Assembly: GCA_964449585.1 (NCBI GenBank)
Contig: CAYUZE010000002.1
Span: 116,833 to 180,832 of the forward strand
From: an uncultured Gammaproteobacteria bacterium
GTDB lineage: Bacteria; Patescibacteriota; Microgenomatia; UBA10105; UBA927
Length of the DNA: 64,000 nt
Direction of reading: 5' to 3'
Shown here: in pieces, positions 31,290 through 38,001 of the stretch
Numbering within the stretch: position 1 is the stretch's first letter
How the letters are laid out: each line of letters opens with the position of its first letter
Program-made: the position numbers and the translations under genes
The notes under the pieces: generated by a model
Told to the model about the DNA's origin: nothing
Database searches by the model: none
What the model saw: only the letters and a program-made list of their open reading frames with translations

Positions 31290-32546
31290 TTAGGGGTATA
31301 TCTGACGGAGTAACGCGGATTTTTTGGCGCTTTGGAGATCAAAAAGAGGTTGCCATCTGTTTCGCTTCATTGGCCCATGGGTCATGTCAAAAAGAATTTC
31401 CTCATCCATATTTTCTCCCGTTCCTTTCGGATGCAACATGAGTCCGGCGGTAAATGTAAGAAATGCGGTACAGGGTGTTTCTTTTTTCCATAGAACGAGG
31501 AGGTTCTCTAGTCCCATTGCGGTATTGACCGATCGGTCATACGGATACATTGTATAGCCGTTGCCGTTTTCGACACCGAGCTGAAGGGTCTGTTTGTCGC
31601 CGTACTCGTAGAGTTCTCCCAGGATACAACCGCCGTCCGGTGACCAGTGCATAGTGCCGGGCATGGATGGGTAATTTTGCGTCTCCAGCGGAGTGGCGGT
31701 GGCGATATTTATCGCATGGGTGCGACCTCCCTCGTACCCCTGTTCCTCAATAAACAGGTATTTCTTATCAGGGGAAACAACGGGATTTCCAAAATCGCCT
31801 ATGGTTACCGTTCCCGCATTCAATCGGATACCGGTTGTTTGGGCGACCCGAGTAAGGAGTTTGTCGCGGATGATGAAAAGGGTTGGGTAATTGCCGCCGT
31901 TTTCCCAAAGGGTAGTTTCAAGGATGAATATTTTATCATCAAGTTGCCAAATGCGCGTCGGTTTGCCGGGAATCGGGATGCGGAGTGAAGGAAGCGTACG
32001 TGCTTCCAGTATTGCCGGGGTTGGAGTAGGCATGACGCGTGGAGCAATTTTTCTGCCGTAGGCATGGTTAAGATAACCGATCCCTTGGGTTGAGGCAAAA
32101 AGCACGAGGAGCGAGAGTAATATGCCCTGTATCACCAAAGGGCGAATACGCTTTGTGTCACCGGAAAGTTTGAGAAGGGAAAAAAGTCGGAGCATCGTGA
32201 TAAAGAGTTTCAAGAAAAGCAGACCCATAGTGATGATATAGGTAGGGTAGGCAAGCAACCCCGTCAATAACATGACCGCGACAGTGAGTGCAAAAAAATA
32301 TCCCGTAAGTTTCCTTGTATCGGTTGTCTTATGCACCGGGAGAAAGAGCATAACACTACCGATCAGGCTTACGAGGATTCCTGCGAGTTGATTGACCCGC
32401 AGGGAATTTTCATACCAAAAAAGCACGAGACCGAAACCCGACAAAAAAAACAGTACCCCGCCGTAGAGGGAACAAATACCATGAATACTGCGATAAAGCA
32501 GCGTGAATGGTGTATGTTTTTTGGAGGTATTTGCCCGCTTTTTCAT
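31290..32546 (-). CDS. Hypothetical membrane protein with extracellular beta-propeller-like region
   Basis: About 5 N-terminal TMs, PTPTP linker, PVVSPDKKYL and WSPDG repeats. Confidence 0.65.
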   Translation of the reverse strand: MKKRANTSKKHTPFTLLYRSIHGICSLYGGVLFFLSGFGLVLFWYENSLRVNQLAGILVSLIGSVMLFLPVHKTTDTRKLTGYFFALTVAVMLLTGLLAYPTYIITMGLLFLKLFITMLRLFSLLKLSGDTKRIRPLVIQGILLSLLVLFASTQGIGYLNHAYGRKIAPRVMPTPTPAILEARTLPSLRIPIPGKPTRIWQLDDKIFILETTLWENGGNYPTLFIIRDKLLTRVAQTTGIRLNAGTVTIGDFGNPVVSPDKKYLFIEEQGYEGGRTHAINIATATPLETQNYPSMPGTMHWSPDGGCILGELYEYGDKQTLQLGVENGNGYTMYPYDRSVNTAMGLENLLVLWKKETPCTAFLTFTAGLMLHPKGTGENMDEEILFDMTHGPMKRNRWQPLFDLQSAKKSALLRQIYP

Positions 32547-32547
32547 A

Positions 32548-32949
32548 TCAGGAATTCGTCATAAATCCGAAGAAACCGAAAAGCACGCTGACAAGACTGA
32601 TGAACGCGACGGTAATAAATATGACGAAAAGAACGGTGCGAAGCGTCCGTTGCTGTACTGCAAGCACCGTGCGATCGAGATAGTACGTCCCCTGCGGCGT
32701 TCTTTTTATAAAGGTATAGCGTTCGAGCGGAACCTCAAGAAATTCCGGTGCTTCAAGAATTTCCTTGAGTTTGTCGACCGGCACAGGTATTGCGGTTGCG
32801 GGAGAAACGGCGCCGGCGGAAGTAAAGTACTCTGCAACCTGTTCTTCGGTACGTGCGGCAAACAGTACGGCGGGATTGACGGCATTCATAGCTGTTGCAC
32901 CAATCATAGCATGGCGCATTGGACGATGTCTCTGTGTGATGAGACGCAT
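32548..32949 (-). CDS. Hypothetical protein with C-terminal TM
   Basis: 133-aa ORF ending 1 nt before the next gene's start. Confidence 0.6.
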   Translation of the reverse strand: MRLITQRHRPMRHAMIGATAMNAVNPAVLFAARTEEQVAEYFTSAGAVSPATAIPVPVDKLKEILEAPEFLEVPLERYTFIKRTPQGTYYLDRTVLAVQQRTLRTVLFVIFITVAFISLVSVLFGFFGFMTNS

Positions 32950-33004
32950 GGATGTGCTCCGTTCCTTTGCATCAGAAGCCGATTTTGGCTATAATACCTC
33001 CTCT

Positions 33005-33427
33005 ATGTTGCAAAAAGAAAATTCGGCACAAGTGCTTGCCCAAGTTCACGGAGGATTGTATGTGGTGCGCGAAAATTCGGTAACCAACGACCTCTTGCGT
33101 CCCGCTCGACGTTTGCCCTTTGGAGATGTCACGATTTCCACCGATCCCGGAAGGGGGCTTGATGTTCCGCGTCTCAGGATAAAAGTGAATGCCGATTGGT
33201 CGATGACCGTTGATACCCAGGGTTCACGTCGTGGCCTGGGCATCGTTTCGTTTCCCGTGCTTCGTGCACGCAGAGGCGAAGTTCTCACACTTGGAGATGA
33301 AAGTCCTCTTGTGGATTTCACGATAAAGCCTACGGAAGATGAGGATATGGCGGTACTTATCAATCCCAGGAGTCTCGATGGTCTGCATCGGACACGGATT
33401 GTATTCGTCGCTCCGAAGCTCGAGTAG
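33005..33427 (+). CDS. Hypothetical protein
   Basis: ATG 9 nt after TATAAT; 140 aa, beta-rich. Confidence 0.55.
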   Translation: MLQKENSAQVLAQVHGGLYVVRENSVTNDLLRPARRLPFGDVTISTDPGRGLDVPRLRIKVNADWSMTVDTQGSRRGLGIVSFPVLRARRGEVLTLGDESPLVDFTIKPTEDEDMAVLINPRSLDGLHRTRIVFVAPKLE

Positions 33428-33481
33428 ATGTTATTGTCGTATTTCCTCGACAAACCGGATTTCCTTTACTACACTACGGCT

Positions 33482-34225
33482 ATGGGAGAGGGGACACCGC
33501 GGAACGAACTACCAAAGCGACGGATTGCCGATGATCGATTTATCCCTGCGTCTGTTGCGGAACTTCGGGAGGAATTGGGAAAAGCGGGCATGTTAACGAA
33601 ACGCGAATATGCGACGGGAAAGAAGATCCTCCTTTACCCCGATGAATTATTGGCAAGACTTGTGGATGAAGCGGCAAAAGGACTCCGAACGTTTTACCGC
33701 ACCCGTTATGACGGCCAGCATCGGACGGTGATCGAATCGGGTATGAACACATTTCGCGGAAAGATTTATCACAAGGTGCCTGCGGGAGAGCAATATCTTG
33801 TACAGTGTGCAGGTAACGTTCCTGTGGATCACTTGGACACTCTTGGACGAATCGATCCTTCGCATTTACCCACGGGATTTATTTTGAAACGTGATAGTTC
33901 AACCTCGGGAAAGCTTCTCGTAGACGGCAGTGAAGATCCCCTTGCGGCGCTGTTTGCCGAGACCAGCAGACAACTCGGCGTTCAATCCGCTGATTTTCGC
34001 ATGCGTGGCGTACCAAAGCGGGAATATGAAGAGAAACACAGTTTTCTGTTTCCCAAATTGCTCACCCGCTTTACCAACATCACCTACTTTTTGGAAATGC
34101 TGGCATCAGGGTTTAAAGAGCAATATGTGATGAAAGAGAAACCGAAGATGAAAGAAGGAACGGAAGTATGCTCAGTTACTGTTTCAACTTGGATGCCCGC
34201 AGAAAACAAATTGGTGCGCAAATGA
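33482..34225 (+). CDS. Hypothetical protein, possibly a degenerate NUDIX fold
   Basis: ATG 6 nt after TACACT; SGKLLVDGSEDPLAALFAETSRQLGV resembles a decayed Nudix box. Confidence 0.55.
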   Translation: MGEGTPRNELPKRRIADDRFIPASVAELREELGKAGMLTKREYATGKKILLYPDELLARLVDEAAKGLRTFYRTRYDGQHRTVIESGMNTFRGKIYHKVPAGEQYLVQCAGNVPVDHLDTLGRIDPSHLPTGFILKRDSSTSGKLLVDGSEDPLAALFAETSRQLGVQSADFRMRGVPKREYEEKHSFLFPKLLTRFTNITYFLEMLASGFKEQYVMKEKPKMKEGTEVCSVTVSTWMPAENKLVRK

Positions 34226-34364
34226 AGTAAAGCTAGTTTTGGATAACGAAATGAACGATAACTATCGGTAAATGGAGAACGAATATGTGAAGCAAGCCTC
34301 AGGATGACTGCCAATTAATATGATGTATGCATTACTTATGGATAGAAGTGAGTGACATAGCATA

Positions 34365-34772
34365 TTAAGTTTTTTTATCCTCTCTGTGACTTCTCTGATG
34401 GACTCTATGTTGTAACTCCTCTAAACCATGGATACTGTCACCTGCCATTTCTGTGACAGAATCAGTAGGTGTCGGAAATATAACGGGAACCATATGTTGG
34501 TTAAATCCTCTTCGGAAAAATGATAAGTCCGTTGCCCGCACTACTTCGTGTGCATTTACCTTTATGATTTGTTTTCCTTTAGGTCGTTTTGGGTCTCTAC
34601 ATATTGCATCCTCACCCTGGAATTCGATCAACTCCAGAGTATATCTATGCGTTGGGGATACGACAACTTCGCCCGGGACAAGAGGGTCTCTTGCGCGGAC
34701 GCTTCGTGCGTTTTCAAACGCCACTTCCCAATCACGTTTATTTATTTCGTGATCTATGTCTTTACGCGGCAT
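34365..34772 (-). CDS. Hypothetical protein (AT-rich islet)
   Basis: 135-aa ORF; TACAAT upstream. Confidence 0.55.
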   Translation of the reverse strand: MPRKDIDHEINKRDWEVAFENARSVRARDPLVPGEVVVSPTHRYTLELIEFQGEDAICRDPKRPKGKQIIKVNAHEVVRATDLSFFRRGFNQHMVPVIFPTPTDSVTEMAGDSIHGLEELQHRVHQRSHREDKKT

Positions 34773-35042
34773 GTTAAGGTCGGTGAAATATTGTATCAGT
34801 GAGCCCGATATTGCTTATTTTGAACTGTTAATACAAGAATATCATAGCCTATTTCAGGAGTTACGCCAATTCATTACCCCTTGTATCCTTTGATATTCAT
34901 TAAATAATTTGATAGCTCTGGTGTAGCACAGAGCCGCCAATAGTATCTAAAATATACCCCCTATTGCTTAAAACGTGCATGGTCAAAATAGAACACAGAT
35001 GAAACTTTCTGGGGACTTCACTAAAGACAATCATTATTATCT

Positions 35043-35174
35043 CTATAGAATGTGGAAGTATTTCAGAGCAATGGTGGAGAGGATTAGTGCAGTGGTCTCC
35101 TTCAATACAGCCAGCGCCCAGAGACCAATACTCTTGGATAGGTGCTTAAGCTGTTTGATCCTCTTGCTTTTCAT
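35043..35174 (-). CDS. Small basic/hydrophobic peptide (43 aa), absent from the ORF track
   Basis: MKSKRIKQLKHLSKSIGLWALAVLKETTALILSTIALKYFHIL; TAAACT 6 nt before the ATG, as for many genes in this window. Confidence 0.45.
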   Translation of the reverse strand: MKSKRIKQLKHLSKSIGLWALAVLKETTALILSTIALKYFHIL

Positions 35175-35312
35175 ATTCTTAGTTTACAGGCGTTCAGCGC
35201 TTTATATGGCTATCAATCCTTCTATACTAATTTTAGCTGTGATTAGAGGTTTATGTCCGATAATTACAACTTTGATACCAAAACTATTGGAAGGCAAGTG
35301 CCTCCAAACCAT

Positions 35313-35359
35313 AAAAAAAAGACCCCAGTGTCCACGAGTCTTTCGCGGATCTGTAGGCC
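35313..35359 (-). terminator. Long hairpin plus U8 (terminator of a short RNA, or attenuator)
   Basis: GGCCTACAG-A-TCCGCGA-AAGAC-TCGTGGA-CA-CTG-GGGTC-TTTTTTTT; TATAAT about 30 nt upstream. Confidence 0.6.
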
Positions 35360-35401
35360 AGATTGATTACGGCGTTCTACTCTTTATATTATACCACGCA
35401 C

Positions 35402-35701
35402 TTACCACCACTTAAACCATTGTCTCAGAATATCTATAGCGGGAATTATCTGGGTTGCGGCCAGGATTAATCCCACAATGGCAAGCCAAAACATTTTCCA
35501 GCCAAGAGCTTCATTCTTTTTATCTGAATCTTTAATGGTAGAGATCAAACTTTCTAGGGAATTATTCACAAATGTTAATAGTGTTTTTTGATCCACTTCC
35601 ATTTGTGCTAAATGCTTAGTTTGCTGGTTCTGAGCAAGTTTTACGCCATGAGTCGCTAACGCAGGCGCACTTCTAGTTTTAATATCATCGTATTCTTTCA
35701 T
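35402..35701 (-). CDS. Hypothetical protein with C-terminal TM
   Basis: 99 aa; TATAAT 6 nt before the ATG. Confidence 0.65.
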   Translation of the reverse strand: MKEYDDIKTRSAPALATHGVKLAQNQQTKHLAQMEVDQKTLLTFVNNSLESLISTIKDSDKKNEALGWKMFWLAIVGLILAATQIIPAIDILRQWFKWW

Positions 35702-35813
35702 GCCCTCATTATACGCTTCTTGGCAATATGAATAATTTATTTGACAAATATATGGTTAATGAAAAGAAATATAGATTATCGACGAGTAGAGTTCTTGAAG
35801 GTAATTACAAAAT

Positions 35814-35828
35814 GTGAGCCCGCTGGGA
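35814..35828 (-). repeat. 15-bp direct repeat of the tRNA-Lys 3' end (att-like)
   Basis: GTGAGCCCGCTGGGA at 35814-35828 is identical to 35968-35982. Confidence 0.85.
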
Positions 35829-35927
35829 AGACGAGCTTGCTCGCCCCGCTAAGCGGGACTGCGCTTCCTCGTACTGCTCGCTCGTGCTCGCATGCGAACC
35901 CTCTGTGTTCGGCACCCGAACGGACTT

Positions 35928-35965
35928 ATACAAAAAAACCTCCCATTGGGGAGGCATTTTTGTAT
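35928..35965 (-). terminator. Intrinsic terminator after tRNA-Lys
   Basis: GCCTCCC-CAAT-GGGAGGT followed by a T run on the minus strand; an A run flanks the other side. Confidence 0.8.
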
Positions 35966-36040
35966 TGGTGAGCCCGCTGGGATTCGAACCCAGAACCAAT
36001 AGCTTAAAAGGCTACTGCTCTACCGTTGAGCTACAGGCCC
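35966..36040 (-). tRNA. tRNA-Lys (TTT), CCA encoded
   Basis: GGGCCTGTAGCTCAACGGTAGAGCAGTAGCCT-TTT-AAGCTATTGGTTCTGGGTTCGAATCCCAGCGGGCTCACCA. Confidence 0.96.
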
Positions 36041-36046
36041 CATTCT

Positions 36047-36148
36047 TGGAAAGAAACCCATTGGTTTCTTTTCCACCTTTCTTCCTTAGGTTGTGTTGCG
36101 GCTATTCAATCGCAACCTCACGCCGCAACAATGATACCCTGAAAAGAA
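36047..36148 (-). ncRNA. Candidate structured RNA motif in the tRNA-Lys 5' leader (copy B)
   Basis: 9-bp stem (36094-36102/36122-36130) and AAGAAACC/GGTTTCTT hairpin ending in TCCA; homologous to 5455-5561; -10 TATAAT at 36195-36200 (minus). Confidence 0.65.
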
Positions 36149-36249
36149 CGGACGGAACTGGCTTATACGGATCGAAACCAGACCGTCAGCCATAATTATA
36201 GCAAAAAATAGTTGTAGAGAGTACTCCTTGCCTGTTTACCTTTGTAATC

Positions 36250-36528
36250 ATGCGACATACCATGAAAGCAATGTCAGTAGAACGTGGAATTACCTTTGTG
36301 CGAAAGGTTATCCATCTGCCTCCCGAAGGCAGATCGGAAGCGCATCGGCACATCATTCTTTGGAAAGACGGGGGACAGGCGAATGAGGACTTTCAGGGTG
36401 CATTTTCCTACATCTGGAGCGACGGCGGATGGGTGTTGGCGGAGCCAAAGGAACAGGAACTGTGCCGTGGGATTGTTTCTGAATCTGAAAAAAAACGCGG
36501 ATCATTCTGGTCCCGTGCGCGGAGGTAG
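36250..36528 (+). CDS. Hypothetical protein
   Basis: 92-aa ORF divergent from tRNA-Lys; start uncertain. Confidence 0.5.
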   Translation: MRHTMKAMSVERGITFVRKVIHLPPEGRSEAHRHIILWKDGGQANEDFQGAFSYIWSDGGWVLAEPKEQELCRGIVSESEKKRGSFWSRARR

Positions 36529-36535
36529 CGAAGTG

Positions 36536-37135
36536 TTACGGACACGAGAGCGTAAATTCGGCTTTGTTGCCGAGTCCCGAGCCGGGGCTTAATATTTCGA
36601 TCCGTTGCCATCCCGCTTCGTTGGTTCCCGATGCGATTGGTCCCCGCGTCCATTCTGTCGTCACCGTCTGCATGCCCGCCTCAGTGAAGGTAATCGATTG
36701 TTCGGGGGAGATGGCGTTATCGCTTCGAAGCCATTTATACTTGACCGTCGCCGTGCCGTTGGTATAAATCTTTGCCGAAAAGACGTATTTTTGGGTGCAG
36801 GTGTTACTGGTTGTGGGTGTCACGCTTGCTTCAATATTCACTACTCCGGGAGTAGGCGTCGGTGACGGGGTAGGCGTGATGGTCGCGGTCGGAGCCGGTG
36901 TTTTCGTCGGTGTGGGCGATGCGGATCTGGTGGGAGTGATACTTCTCGTGGGTGTTGCCGTCGGCGCTTCTGTACTATACGGCGTCGGTGCACTGGTAAT
37001 TTCCGGACTCGGTGTCGGCGTCGGAGTGGGAGCGGTGCCGGCGCTCTTCATGCCAACTGCAAAGAAAATGCCGCCGATCAGGAGAAATACTCCAAGAACG
37101 CCTGCCGCAATAAGGATAAGTTGTTTGTTACTCAT
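36536..37135 (-). CDS. Membrane-anchored protein with Pro/Thr-rich stalk and Ig-like C-terminal domain
   Basis: N-terminal TM, ~65-aa PTPT repeats, VKYKWLRSD beta-sandwich-like domain with a Cys pair. Confidence 0.8.
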   Translation of the reverse strand: MSNKQLILIAAGVLGVFLLIGGIFFAVGMKSAGTAPTPTPTPSPEITSAPTPYSTEAPTATPTRSITPTRSASPTPTKTPAPTATITPTPSPTPTPGVVNIEASVTPTTSNTCTQKYVFSAKIYTNGTATVKYKWLRSDNAISPEQSITFTEAGMQTVTTEWTRGPIASGTNEAGWQRIEILSPGSGLGNKAEFTLSCP

Positions 37136-37155
37136 AGAAGTACGCCGTATTATAC

Positions 37156-37992
37156 CTACTTGAGGCGGATTCCGGCAACACTCAAGACCTGACGGATACG
37201 GGGGAGGGCTTGTATCGTCGCGTCGTATCCTTTTTGGATAATCGCTTCTCCGTGCAGAAATTCCGCAAGGTTTATGGAAGATATCTCGGCAACATCAGGC
37301 GTGATCGTCACATCGGCTTCTTCACACAATTTTTTCGCCAAGTTATAGCGAAGCATATGAAGCGCTGCCAGTCCCATGTCCGCTACCGTCGGAAGTTTAA
37401 CTCTCAGCGCATCTTCCCGGATGAAGCGATAGGTATCCAAATTAACAGCAATGACATGCGTTGCACCCAAATTCCTTGCTATCGATACGGGCACGGGATT
37501 GGAGCCCCCGCCGTCGATAAGATACGTTTTGCCGATATAGGCGGCATCGACAAGTGCAGGGATTGAACTGCTGGCGCGGATGGCTTTGATGAGGTTGCCG
37601 CGGGTTATGGTGACCGCTTCACCTGTTTTCATATCGGTCGCCACCGCTGCAAAAGGCAGGGACAGGTGTTCGATGTTCTTCCTGCCCAATAATTTGGTCA
37701 AATGTCGTTCCATTTTGATGCCCTTGATGATTCCCGACCGGGAACCGAAATCGGCAAAGGCGGCGATGATGTCTTTGTATGTTAGGGATTTGGCGATATG
37801 TTCCACCTTGGTAATTGACCCTAGCGCCAAATACATACCCCCGATAAGTGATCCGGCGCTTGCGCCCGTGATGATATGGATCGGGACATGGTATTCAAGA
37901 AGCGCTTTGATGACGCCGATATGGGCAAGTCCCCGGGGGCCGCCGCTGCCTAGGGCAAGGCCGATTTTGGGAGCAGGTTTCTTTTGTTTCAT
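37156..37992 (-). CDS. Patatin-like phospholipase (RssA/NTE family)
   Basis: LGSGGPRGLAHIGV, GASAG, AIRASSSIP, LIDGG. Confidence 0.93.
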   Translation of the reverse strand: MKQKKPAPKIGLALGSGGPRGLAHIGVIKALLEYHVPIHIITGASAGSLIGGMYLALGSITKVEHIAKSLTYKDIIAAFADFGSRSGIIKGIKMERHLTKLLGRKNIEHLSLPFAAVATDMKTGEAVTITRGNLIKAIRASSSIPALVDAAYIGKTYLIDGGGSNPVPVSIARNLGATHVIAVNLDTYRFIREDALRVKLPTVADMGLAALHMLRYNLAKKLCEEADVTITPDVAEISSINLAEFLHGEAIIQKGYDATIQALPRIRQVLSVAGIRLK

Positions 37993-38001
37993 ACGGACCT
38001 A

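Noticed and set aside
35313-35385. Hairpin as a c-di-GMP-I riboswitch
   Set aside because: It has GAAA and GGCCUA-like pieces, but their order and the two-stem architecture do not fit.
34975-35415. 146-aa plus-strand ORF in the AT-rich islet
   Set aside because: GTG start with no promoter or SD support; it overlaps better-supported minus-strand signals.
36840-37030. Short tandem-like repeats (also at 56670-56790) as a CRISPR array or VNTR
   Set aside because: They are degenerate codons of Pro/Thr linkers inside ORFs; there is no repeat-spacer pattern and no cas gene.
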